A stretch of DNA of 63,205 nt, filler included, from a bacterium (lineage in GTDB: Bacteria; JALSQH01), in assembly GCA_027004335.1 (NCBI GenBank). It is 11 parts of 11 records of this genome, joined end to end, with 100 filler letters (N's around TTAATTAATTAA, not from the genome) between each part and the next. Parts side by side here need not be neighbours in the genome. Positions count along the whole stretch, not along the records: positions 48,283 to 54,765 come from JALTID010000235.1; positions 54,866 to 56,904 come from JALTID010000238.1; positions 57,005 to 63,205 come from JALTID010000239.1; 8 more parts are not named here. One strand, given 5' to 3'. The notes under the pieces were generated by a model. The model saw only the letters and a list, made by a program, of their open reading frames with translations, was not told the DNA's origin and did no database searches. Shown in pieces: positions 53,176 to 62,968 of this stretch (within the stretch, counting starts at the first letter, position 1; every line of letters begins with the position of its first letter). The position numbers and the translations under genes were made by a program.

Positions 53176-54597
53176 TTAAAATCTCATTATCACTGTTTTA
53201 ATCTCAGTCATTTCTTCAACAGCGTACTTCAATCCCTCTCTCCCCAATCCTGAATCTTTTATTCCTCCGTAGGGCATATTGTCCACCCTGAAGGTAGGAT
53301 AGTCGTTAATTATAACTCCTCCCACATCAAGATTTTCAATAGCGTAGTGCGTATTTTTTAAATCATTTGTGAAAATGCCTGCCTGAAGTCCATACTGGGA
53401 GTCATTTACCTTATCAATTGCCTCTTCAAAAGCATCAAATGGTTCTGTTATGACTACCGGCCCAAAAACTTCCTCACAGTAAACGGGCAGATCTTTTTTA
53501 ACATCAGAGATAATGGTTGCTTCAATTATATTTCCTCTCCGCTTTGCACCTGTGATGATTATTGCACCATTCTCAATAGCATCACTTATCCATCTCTCAA
53601 CTTTATCTGCTGCTCTCTCGTCAATAAGAGGACCGAAAACTGTGTCTGGGTCCATAGGATCACCAATTTTTAATTTTTCTACTTCTCTTTTAAATTTTTC
53701 TAAAAACTTATCATATATATTTTTATGGACATATATTCTCTGAACAGCTATGCAGATCTGTCCTGCATTGGCGAAGCCACCAATGGCAAGTCTCCATGCT
53801 GTAAAATCCAGATTTGCACTTTCATCCACCACAGCTCCTGCGTTCCCCCCAAGTTCAAGAAGTATTTTTTTCTTCCCCGCTATGTTTTTAAGGTACCAGC
53901 CAACTCTGGGGCTACCTGTGAAAGAAAGAAGCTTAAATCTTTCATCTCTTACCATCTTTTCGGCTCTCTCCACGGTGGTAGGAACGACATTAACCATCCC
54001 CGCAGGGGCTCCAGCTTTTTCAATTATCTCAGCGAGTATGAGAGATGTAAAAGGTGCCTGGGGTGGGGGCTTGAGAACGACACTGTTTCCAGCTGCGATT
54101 GCAGGAGCTATTTTGTGCGCCACGAGATTCAAAGGAAAATTGTAAGGTGTGATGGCGATTATTGGCCCCAGTGGGAACCTCTTATAAAATCCTCTGTAAT
54201 TTTTTGTATTTTCCTGAATATCCACGGGAAAAACTTCCCCTCCGATTCTCTTTGCTTCCTCAGCGGCAAATGTAAAAGTGACTGTGGCTCTGTTAACTTC
54301 CCCCAACGCGTATTGCCATGGTTTTCCCGATTCCTCCACTATCATTCTGGCCAGTTCCTCTTTTCGTTCCTCAATCCCTTTTTTGATGTTTTCAAGGATC
54401 TTTGATTTCTCATAAGCTGAGAGCTTTTTTGTCGTTTTGAACGCATCAACAGCTGATTGAATCGCATCTTCTACATCTTTTTCTGAAGCAATAGGTATGT
54501 AGCCGATGACTTCCCCGTTGTAGGGATTGATGTTTTCTTCATATTCCTCCGTTGTTCTCCACTCGCCATTGATATATGTTCTTTTCTTCTCAGGCAT
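53176..54597 (-). CDS. NAD(P)-dependent aldehyde dehydrogenase
   Basis: PYNFP, FTGS, LELGGN, GQIC and EEVFGP motifs. Confidence 0.93.
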   Translation of the reverse strand: MPEKKRTYINGEWRTTEEYEENINPYNGEVIGYIPIASEKDVEDAIQSAVDAFKTTKKLSAYEKSKILENIKKGIEERKEELARMIVEESGKPWQYALGEVNRATVTFTFAAEEAKRIGGEVFPVDIQENTKNYRGFYKRFPLGPIIAITPYNFPLNLVAHKIAPAIAAGNSVVLKPPPQAPFTSLILAEIIEKAGAPAGMVNVVPTTVERAEKMVRDERFKLLSFTGSPRVGWYLKNIAGKKKILLELGGNAGAVVDESANLDFTAWRLAIGGFANAGQICIAVQRIYVHKNIYDKFLEKFKREVEKLKIGDPMDPDTVFGPLIDERAADKVERWISDAIENGAIIITGAKRRGNIIEATIISDVKKDLPVYCEEVFGPVVITEPFDAFEEAIDKVNDSQYGLQAGIFTNDLKNTHYAIENLDVGGVIINDYPTFRVDNMPYGGIKDSGLGREGLKYAVEEMTEIKTVIMRF

Positions 54598-54865
54598 ACT
54601 TCTTCCTCCTTCTGCAATTCAACAAAAATTCCGCATTTTTAATTATAGCTGAAATAATGCGGCTGAGGCAATTTTTTGCAATAGAAATTGAGGAAGACCA
54701 ATTTTATTTAAAAATTTTCTCTCTTTCTATCATCTTTTTCAATCTTAAAGTTGCAGGATATTCACNNNNNNNNNNNNNNNNNNNNNNNNNNNNNNNNNNN
54801 NNNNNNNNNTTAATTAATTAANNNNNNNNNNNNNNNNNNNNNNNNNNNNNNNNNNNNNNNNNNNN

Positions 54866-55721
54866 CTTTTACAGCTTTAACATGGAAATGATGAATACCC
54901 TCAGCTAAGTTTTGATATGTTTTGGGTGATGTACAATTTTCCCAGTTGCCTGAATCAATTTTACACATAAAAGTAACATCAGCCTCATTGGAACTAAAAG
55001 TAAAGGTCGCACTCTGCGAATTTGTATATTCCTGGGGATGAGAGGTAATACTTGTATCAATACCAGAAAGTTGTGAATTTATAGTCCAGCTATAGGTTGC
55101 AGGAGTTCCATCAACATTCCCTGCAAGATCCACTGCACGAACCTGAAAAGTATGGGGACCTTCATCCAATCCAGTGTAACTCTTTGGAGAAGTACATATC
55201 TCCCATCCCCCGTTATCAAGATTACACTGAAAAGTTGCATCTTCATTACTGGAAAAGGTAAAAGTTGCTGAATCGGATGAAGTTGGTGATGCAGGACCAG
55301 AGTTTATCTGGGTGTCAGGAGGAGTCAAATCTATCTTCCACGAATATTCTGCTGGAGTTGTGTCTTTATTACCATATTGATCAATAGCAGCAACCTTAAA
55401 GGTATGTTCCCCTTCAGATAAGCCTGTGTAGATAGCTGGTGAATTACAATCACTCCAATCTGCACCATCCAGAGAACATTGAAACTTCTCTGCAGGAGCC
55501 GAGCTTATAAACCATAGTTCCGCGACCTGCTGGTTTGTCACAAAATCGGGACCATTGGTTATAAAAGTTTCAAGGGGATAATTTAAATTCTGGGAAGTCC
55601 CTTGGTTATTATTGCCAGCCCGGGATTGCACAATATTATTATTTTTCTCTGTAGAGCTTCCACAGGAAGAAATGAAGAAAATAAGCAACAAAGATAGAAC
55701 CAATGGAAGATTTTTTCTCAT
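54866..55721 (-). CDS. Lipoprotein with tandem Cys-containing Ig-like repeats (3' truncated)
   Basis: Lipobox ISSC; three repeats of pattern F.C.LD...W..C.SP..Y.GL.EG.H.F.V.A.D. Confidence 0.8.
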
Positions 55722-55862
55722 GGCAAAACCTCCTCTGTTCATTATATTACATATACTATTCCTGAATCTTATTATTGTCAATGACTAAAATGTAAATAAG
55801 CATCTATGAGGCATCACCCATTGACTCTTCCCCAGAAAACTTATAACATTACTTATATAAAA

Positions 55863-56904
55863 GTGAAAAGGTTCTTTCTTGTTATAACTTTTATCTTTAT
55901 CTTCGCCTGTGGTACAAAAACAACCACTTCCAGGAAGAACTACACTATCAGACACTTTAAAGCTTCCCCTGTTTATGTTGAAAACAATGAACTCTTTGTG
56001 GGGTCATACCATCTGCTTCTGCGGGGAGCAAATGTATCTGAATCATTCAAGTATCGTCGGAAAGATAGTTATGATACCTTCTTTGGAAAAGTAACAGAAG
56101 AAGATATGAGAGACCTAAGGGAAAACTGGGGATTTAACTTTGCAAGGATGATCTTTGAGTGGTACGCCTTTGAACCCACGGAAGGCGTATGGGATTACAC
56201 ATATTTAAAAAATTATGCAAAAAGGGTGAGCTGGGCAGCAGAAAACAATATTTTTGTCTGGGTGGATATGCATATGGATCTATATGGGGAGGGATTCAAA
56301 GCCAATGGTGCACCTGCCTGGACATGCAACTCCCAATACTACATAGACGCAAGAAAGCACTGGCTTCCCGAGTGGTGGATGAATTACGCACAACCCGGCA
56401 TTATTGCCTGCTACGACCATCTCTGGACCTCAAGAGATTACCTGTGGAAACATTTTGCAATGACATGGCAGAAGGCCGCTGAGTATTTTAGCAATAATCC
56501 TGATGTTATTGGTTTTGAATTCTTAAATGAGCCCTTTCCCGGTAGTTTTGGAAATACAACTTTTGAAAAAGAAGTTCTCTACCCCCTCTATGTCACAGTG
56601 GGACGGGCTATAAGAAAGGTAGCTCCCTTTAAGATCCTTATCTTTGAACCATCTGTTCTGAGACAGGAACTACCCACTGACCTATCACCTCTACCCTTTG
56701 ATCAACTTATATATGCACCTCACTACTATGACCAGAGCGTTCATGAAGGCCAATCTTACAAAAGATCAAAAAAAGGGGAGTATCTTGGAGTAATGGAGGC
56801 AAAACTTGGGGATGCAAAATATCAAAATGCAGCTTTTGTTTTGGGTGAGTTTGGAGCATGGGGACCTGATCTTGTAAGTCATGCCTGGTACCTTGATGAT
56901 CTGC
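55863..56904 (+). CDS. GH5 endoglycoceramidase-like lipoprotein (3' truncated)
   Basis: Lipobox IFAC; LRGAN, DMHMDLY, GAPAW, NEP (acid/base), APHYY and GEFG (nucleophile). Confidence 0.8.
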
Positions 56905-57004
56905 NNNNNNNNNNNNNNNNNNNNNNNNNNNNNNNNNNNNNNNNNNNNTTAATTAATTAANNNNNNNNNNNNNNNNNNNNNNNNNNNNNNNNNNNNNNNN
57001 NNNN

Positions 57005-57362
57005 AACAAGAATGACCCGGACCTCTTTAATTTCTACTCTTGATCAGCAGTATGTAACTACCGCAAAAGCTAAGGGATTGCCATTCTGGCAAATAGTTGT
57101 AGAGCATGCTCTTAGAAATGCCCTGATCCCGGTGGTAACCATAATGGGTTTGCAATTTGGTGCACTGCTTTCAGGAGCTGTAATAACCGAGACCATATTC
57201 AGCTGGCCCGGGATAGGAAGACTCCTGATTGAAGCTATTCAGACAAGAGATTATCCACTGGTTCAGGGGGTAGTACTTGTGATTGCACTTACCTATGTTA
57301 TTGTTAACACCCTTGTTGACTTTACCTACTCCTTGATTGACCCAAGAGTGAGGCTTGGCTGA
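57005..57362 (+). CDS. Peptide/nickel ABC transporter permease (OppB/DppB), C-terminal part
   Basis: [26 protein letters not shown] and IDPRVR motifs. Confidence 0.9.
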
Positions 57363-58168
57363 TGAAAAAGCTTTTCTGGTCTGGAATTTTTTTCATTTTC
57401 ATTGTTCTTATTTTTGCTACTTTAGGTCCTCTTTTTTCTCCATATTCTCCTTCACACATTGATCTTTCAGCGGGTCTAAAAGGACCATCTTTCTCCCATC
57501 CGTTTGGTGTTGATAAGTTAGGAAGGGATATTTTCACCCTTGTTGCTTATGGGGCAAGGGTTTCTCTTCTTGTATCAACCATTGCAGTGGGAATATCTGT
57601 TGTTGTTGGCGTAGCTGCTGGAGGAATTTCAGGTTATTTTGGTGGGATAATAGATGAATTGTTTATGAGGCTGGTGGATATTCTCCTTGCCTTTCCCGGC
57701 ATTCTTCTGGCAATTGCCCTTGCAGCGGCCCTTGGTCCAAGTTTGGAAAATATAATAATTGCGCTATCAGCCATGGGATGGGTTGGATATGCAAGACTTG
57801 TGAGAGGACAGGTCCTATCTATTAGAGAGGAGGAATATGTACTTTCAGCCAGAGCCATTGGAATGCCATGGTGGAGAATAATCCTGTTCTACATAATTCC
57901 CCAGGCTCTTCCACCAGTGCTTGTGCAGATGACCTTTGGCATGGCGGGCACCATTCTCACTGAAGCGTCGCTTTCGTTTTTGGGGCTCGGCCCTCAGGAT
58001 ATCCCCAGCTGGGGAAGGATAATAAGCGATGGAATTGAATACCTTCAGCAGGCTCCCCACATTGCTCTTTTTCCCGGGTTTATGATAATGCTTACTGTTA
58101 TGTCTTTCAATTTTATCGGGGATTGGCTGAGAGAAAAATTATCCGTTACAGGGGGTGAAGAAATATGA
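57362..58168 (+). CDS. Peptide/nickel ABC transporter permease (OppC/DppC)
   Basis: HPFGVDKLGRD, ARLVRGQ, EASLSFLGLG and NFIGDWLR motifs. Confidence 0.92.
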   Translation: MKKLFWSGIFFIFIVLIFATLGPLFSPYSPSHIDLSAGLKGPSFSHPFGVDKLGRDIFTLVAYGARVSLLVSTIAVGISVVVGVAAGGISGYFGGIIDELFMRLVDILLAFPGILLAIALAAALGPSLENIIIALSAMGWVGYARLVRGQVLSIREEEYVLSARAIGMPWWRIILFYIIPQALPPVLVQMTFGMAGTILTEASLSFLGLGPQDIPSWGRIISDGIEYLQQAPHIALFPGFMIMLTVMSFNFIGDWLREKLSVTGGEEI

Positions 58169-60558
58169 AGAATTTTTTGGTCTTTCTTTTACTTTTCCTT
58201 TTAAGCTGCGCTCCGACGCAAAATGAAGAAAGTTTTAAAATCGTGGGAAATATTTCCCTTAATAGTGAAAATGGAGTTCTCAGGATTTTTGCAGGCGGTA
58301 GTGAAATTGCGGATATTACCGGAACAGTTGCAATTAATAAAAAAATTTATGCATATTTTTTTACAGGATACACAAAATTTGAGGAAGAGTATCTCTCTGA
58401 AGATAAAGGGGGGCTTGTCTCCCTTTCACCACGAGTAGCTCTGTGGAAGAATGGGATAAAGGTAGAATTTTCACCCGCAGGGGGAAGTATATTAAAGGCA
58501 GAAGTATCTTCACCTAAGGGTAATAGTGTTAGATTAATTTTCAGGTGCAGAGATATAGATCACTTTTTAGGCTTTGGTGCCCAGACATATCTCACTGATC
58601 AAAAAGGGGAAGCTTTTAATATCTGGGTAAGTGAAGAAGGAATCAGAAAAATCATGGAGAGTGATACCAATCCCCTCTGGTTCGTTGTGGGTTCCAGACA
58701 TACCTCTTACTACCCGCTGCCATATTTCTATGATCCTGCAGGGTTTGGTTTTCTTGTTGATACTTCCTACAGGAGTAAATTCAACCTCTGTAAAGGTGAC
58801 GAGAATCACTGGAGTGTTGAGGTGGATGCTACTACTTTTGACCTCTATTTCATAGTTGGGAAAACCCCAAAGGAGGTAATAGAGGAATACACCACGCTTA
58901 CAGGTAAGCCCATATTACCACAGAGATGGTATTTTTCCCCGTGGAATGATGCAATTGGTGGGAAGGGTAATGTGGAGCAGGTGGCAAACATTCTGAGGTC
59001 AAATGGAATACCCTCTACAGCTATCTGGACCGAGGACTGGGGAGGAGAGGCAACAAGAGATGGGGACCTGTATAGATTCGTTTATAACTGGGATGTGGGA
59101 AGGGACCTCTATCCAGATTTTGAAACTATGGTTACATGGTTGCATAAAGAGGGGTTCCATTTTTTAGTTTACTTTAATTCTTTCCTGGATCCTAACTCAC
59201 GCGTGTGGAATGAAGTACCGGGAAATTTTTTTGTTATGGGTAAAGAGGAAAAACCATATAATATTTTTCTTCCCTCTCTTACATGGGGTGGTCTGCTTGA
59301 TCTTACCAATCAGGATGCGTGGAACTGGGCAGAGGAAAAGATGTTAGATGCCATTAAGCTGGGTGTTAACGGCTGGATGGCGGATTATGGTGAGTGGTTA
59401 CCCTATGATAGTATGAGCTCAAAAGGCCCGGGGAGTTATTATCATAATCTTTATCCTCTGCTATGGCACAGCTTGAATAGAGACGTGATGGATAAGTATA
59501 CGGAAAGAAAAAATTTTGTTTATTTTACCAGGTCAGGATATATTGGAGATCAGGCTCTCACACCTGTCTACTGGCCAGGGGATCAGAGTACGGATTTTTC
59601 CATTGATGATGGTTTTCCCACGGCAATTGCCGTTGGAATCAATGTAGGTTGGAGCGGAACAGTTATGTACGGGTCTGATATAGCTGGATATATGTCCATA
59701 GGGAATCCACCTTCTGATAAGGAACTATTTCTAAGATGGACAGAATTTGGTGCTTTTTCCCCTGTGATGAGGACCCACCACGGATATCTTGCCTTTGCCA
59801 ACTGGAATTTTCACAGGGATAATTACACTCTTCAGTGGTACAAATTTTACGCAATATGGCACCAGAGGCTTTTCCCCTATCTCTACAGTGAGGCGATCTC
59901 CGCGGGTGCTGAGGGTATTCCACTTATAAGACATATGTATATGGAATTCCCTGAGGATCAAAATACAATTTCTCTTCAGACTCAGTATATGCTTGGTCCA
60001 TTTTTGCTGGTTGCTCCAGTGGAGGAGAGAGGAGCAGTACATAAAATAACTTATTTCCCCCGGGGCAGGTGGTACAATTTCTGGGATGGATCGGTAATAG
60101 AGTCAAAGGGTCAATGGCTTGAAGTAAATGCGCCTCTTGAGAGGATCCCTGTCTATGTAAGAGAGGGTGGAATAATAGAGTTGCTTCCCTCTGATATTGA
60201 TACTATTGAAGCCCCCCCGGGTGCTGATTCTTCAGTTGTTACCCTTGATATGAGAGATGACTGGAGGGAAGTTCATTTTTATAAAGGAAAGAACCTCACA
60301 TGGAAGGACTACGAAGGGAATGTTTTTTATAATTACCTTACTGGTGTACTTGATACTAAAAGTTTAACTCTGAATTCTGAGACTCTTCCTTTATGTGAAA
60401 ATAATACACCTTCCTGTTATTTTGAAGAAAATGGTGAAATCACTATTCGTGTTAGAAGCAATGGAGAGGAGCCCGTTTTAATAAAAGATGATAGGGGCAA
60501 CAAGCTAAAGATAGAAACTGCAAAAACAAGATGGTGGGAGATTAAGATTTATCAGTAA
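58165..60558 (+). CDS. GH31 glycosidase lipoprotein, sulfoquinovosidase (YihQ)-like
   Basis: Lipobox LLSC; WTEDW, GWMADYGEWLP, WPGDQ, SDIAGY and MRTHHG motifs. Confidence 0.85.
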   Translation: MKNFLVFLLLFLLSCAPTQNEESFKIVGNISLNSENGVLRIFAGGSEIADITGTVAINKKIYAYFFTGYTKFEEEYLSEDKGGLVSLSPRVALWKNGIKVEFSPAGGSILKAEVSSPKGNSVRLIFRCRDIDHFLGFGAQTYLTDQKGEAFNIWVSEEGIRKIMESDTNPLWFVVGSRHTSYYPLPYFYDPAGFGFLVDTSYRSKFNLCKGDENHWSVEVDATTFDLYFIVGKTPKEVIEEYTTLTGKPILPQRWYFSPWNDAIGGKGNVEQVANILRSNGIPSTAIWTEDWGGEATRDGDLYRFVYNWDVGRDLYPDFETMVTWLHKEGFHFLVYFNSFLDPNSRVWNEVPGNFFVMGKEEKPYNIFLPSLTWGGLLDLTNQDAWNWAEEKMLDAIKLGVNGWMADYGEWLPYDSMSSKGPGSYYHNLYPLLWHSLNRDVMDKYTERKNFVYFTRSGYIGDQALTPVYWPGDQSTDFSIDDGFPTAIAVGINVGWSGTVMYGSDIAGYMSIGNPPSDKELFLRWTEFGAFSPVMRTHHGYLAFANWNFHRDNYTLQWYKFYAIWHQRLFPYLYSEAISAGAEGIPLIRHMYMEFPEDQNTISLQTQYMLGPFLLVAPVEERGAVHKITYFPRGRWYNFWDGSVIESKGQWLEVNAPLERIPVYVREGGIIELLPSDIDTIEAPPGADSSVVTLDMRDDWREVHFYKGKNLTWKDYEGNVFYNYLTGVLDTKSLTLNSETLPLCENNTPSCYFEENGEITIRVRSNGEEPVLIKDDRGNKLKIETAKTRWWEIKIYQ

Positions 60559-60948
60559 CTAAAAGGATGGCAGGAGGTGTTTTTCGTATTTTTTTATATA
60601 AAAAATACCTCTTGCAGCAAGCTCTTCAAATCTATAAATTTCCACTTTTACTTTATATATGTGATCTTTTTCTTCTGTGAGGCGGGCTGTAGCCCTGATT
60701 CTCTCTCCAATTCTTACAGGGAGAAGGAAATCTATTTCCATTTTTTCCACAAAGAGGAAATTCTCATTAACAGCAAGTGTTGCTGCATATTCTGCTGGGG
60801 CTAAAAGAAAATTGTTATTTACCATACCTCTTTCATCTACTGCCATTTCTGAAAAAGTGAAAAATTCAACCTCAGCATATCCTTTCTCAATTATTACTGG
60901 TTCCCCAACCCACTGTCGCGAAGAATGGAGTCTGACTTTTTGTTCCAT
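60559..60948 (-). CDS. Hotdog-fold thioesterase-like protein
   Basis: EMAVDERGMV...AEYAATLAVN...FLLPVRIGE. Confidence 0.7.
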   Translation of the reverse strand: MEQKVRLHSSRQWVGEPVIIEKGYAEVEFFTFSEMAVDERGMVNNNFLLAPAEYAATLAVNENFLFVEKMEIDFLLPVRIGERIRATARLTEEKDHIYKVKVEIYRFEELAARGIFYIKKYEKHLLPSF

Positions 60949-61083
60949 AATTGTACCTCTTTGAAGAAATTATATTTCATGTGGAGTTAACTTCAACCCT
61001 TCCTTTTTCAATTTCCCTGATTATGTTATTATATAAGAACAGAGATAGTGATGTAATGATAAAGGATAAGTCGGAGGTACAGT

Positions 61084-62232
61084 ATGATTGTTCTTAATGA
61101 AGAGATTAGAAGGCTACGGCAGTTTGTTAGAAGCGAACATCCTCTAATCAATTTCTATCTTTCTATTAATCCTATCAGATTCAAGGAGAAAGAATGGAAG
61201 ATAAAATTGAAGGATCTTGTTAAGGAAGCCAAAGAAAATTTGAGACTTGAGGCGAAATACCCCCGTGCAGAGATCAAGAGAATTTACAGTGACATGGATT
61301 ATATGGAAAGAGAGATAAATTCTATTGACTTTTCAGGTGCAAAGTCCATAGTGTGGTTTTACAGCAGTAGCCTGGCTCTTGATGTCCTGTTTAAAATTCC
61401 TGAAGAATTACCAAGGAATGATTTTATAACTGTTTCGGAATTACCCAACTATCTCCTCCTTGATGAGGTCATGTCCAATTTTAAGAGGTATCTCCTGATC
61501 CTTTTTGATAAAGAAAGAGTCAGGTTTCTTGAATATTTTATGAAGAAAATAAGAGAGTATATGAACATCAGAGAAAGAATTCACAGGGTCGAGGATTTTA
61601 ATGATTATGGGGCTGTTGAGAATAGGATCAAACGGCATGTGATGTACCACACATACAGGCATTTTAAAAATATAATGCTTCTTGCAAAGCAGATAATAGA
61701 GGAAGAAGAAATTGATGGTGTTATACTTGCTTCCAGTGCAAATTATCTTTCTATGTTAAACGAGAATCTTGATTATGAAATTAAAAACAGGCTCGTTAGA
61801 GAGATAACTGGCCTTGATATAAATGCTGGGAGAGAAGAAATATTAAAGAAGATTGAGTCTATTGAAAAGGACCTGAAAAGGGAAGAGGAGGAAGAACTTT
61901 TCAGGAAATTAGAGGAGAATCTCGGTACAGATGGGAAGGCAACAGCAGGGATATCCGATTCCCTTAACGCATTGTATGAGGGTAAGGTAGAAACACTGCT
62001 TATTTCTCCATCTTTTAATGAGGAAGGATATGCATGTCCCTCATGCTATTATGTTTCTCTAAACATGGAGAAGTGTCCTTACTGCGGAAACGAAATGGAA
62101 AAGCTGAATAATGTACTAAACAAAATATATGATCTTGCCATCCTGAATAGTTCAAGGGTGAAACATATTAATTTCCTCACAGAAAAATTGGAAGAAAGGG
62201 GAGAAGTTGCTGCTTTGTTGAGATTCAGATAA
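61084..62232 (+). CDS. Bacterial aeRF1/pelota-like protein (baeRF family) with a C-terminal Zn ribbon
   Basis: GKATAG...LYEGKVETLLI...CPSC...CPYCG...GEVAALLRF is eRF1 domain 3; GGAGG RBS. Confidence 0.85.
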   Translation: MIVLNEEIRRLRQFVRSEHPLINFYLSINPIRFKEKEWKIKLKDLVKEAKENLRLEAKYPRAEIKRIYSDMDYMEREINSIDFSGAKSIVWFYSSSLALDVLFKIPEELPRNDFITVSELPNYLLLDEVMSNFKRYLLILFDKERVRFLEYFMKKIREYMNIRERIHRVEDFNDYGAVENRIKRHVMYHTYRHFKNIMLLAKQIIEEEEIDGVILASSANYLSMLNENLDYEIKNRLVREITGLDINAGREEILKKIESIEKDLKREEEEELFRKLEENLGTDGKATAGISDSLNALYEGKVETLLISPSFNEEGYACPSCYYVSLNMEKCPYCGNEMEKLNNVLNKIYDLAILNSSRVKHINFLTEKLEERGEVAALLRFR

Positions 62233-62248
62233 GGGGCTTATGGCATAG

Positions 62249-62959
62249 ATGTTTCCTTTAAAAGATGATATTCCTTCGCGAACCTTTCCCTGGGTTAATT
62301 ATTCAATAATTATCTTAAATTTTATTGTGTTCTTCTATGAGATTTCGCTGGGGAGTCATTTTCAGATATTTCTTGCACAATATGGTTTCGTTCCCCTTAG
62401 ATTTAGTGTGGGAATAGAACGGCATCTTCCCTTTTTCACTCTCATTCTTCCAGTTTTTTATTCTATGTTTCTTCATGGAGGCTGGTTTCATATTATAGGA
62501 AATATGTGGTTCCTCTATATTTTTGGGGACAATGTTGAGGATCGCCTGGGCCATTTTCATTACATAATTTTTTATCTTGTATCAGGTTGTATTGCCGTGT
62601 TTACCCAGTACATAATAAATCCTTATACCAATATCCCTCTTATTGGTGCAAGTGGAGCTATTGCAGGGGTTTTAGGTGCCTACATGGTTTTTTATCCTTA
62701 CGCCCGGGTGCTGACATTGCTAATAATTTTTATTTTTATTGATATTGTATATCTCCCTGCGATCCTGTATCTTTTCCTCTGGTTTTTTATACAATTTCTG
62801 TATGGAACTTCTTCAGCTCTCTACGCCTCTGCTACTCGCGGGGGAGTTGCATGGTGGGCGCATGTTGGTGGTTTTGTATTTGGTGTTATATGGGCAATTA
62901 TTATAAGATTAAGAGGTGGAAATGAAAAAGATTATCTTCATGAAATACTGCCATGGTAG
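62249..62959 (+). CDS. Rhomboid intramembrane serine protease
   Basis: MFLHGGWFHIIGNM, GASGAIAG and AWWAHVGG motifs. Confidence 0.93.
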   Translation: MFPLKDDIPSRTFPWVNYSIIILNFIVFFYEISLGSHFQIFLAQYGFVPLRFSVGIERHLPFFTLILPVFYSMFLHGGWFHIIGNMWFLYIFGDNVEDRLGHFHYIIFYLVSGCIAVFTQYIINPYTNIPLIGASGAIAGVLGAYMVFYPYARVLTLLIIFIFIDIVYLPAILYLFLWFFIQFLYGTSSALYASATRGGVAWWAHVGGFVFGVIWAIIIRLRGGNEKDYLHEILPW

Positions 62960-62968
62960 GAGGTCAGG

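Noticed and set aside
54598-54765. Open minus-strand frame at the contig end (EYPATLRLKK...ALFQL*)
   Set aside because: Possibly the tail of an upstream gene, but too short to identify.
19129-57004. Recurring TTAATTAATTAA flanked by N runs, resembling a repeat family
   Set aside because: Artificial six-frame-stop linkers. Gene adjacency across them has no biological meaning, and ORF tails ending 'LIN' or 'N' are artefacts.
62249-62959. Rhomboid as the processing enzyme for the C-terminal sorting signal at 30580
   Set aside because: Rhombosortases act on GlyGly-CTERM. This looks like an ordinary rhomboid and the tail is MYXO-CTERM-like.
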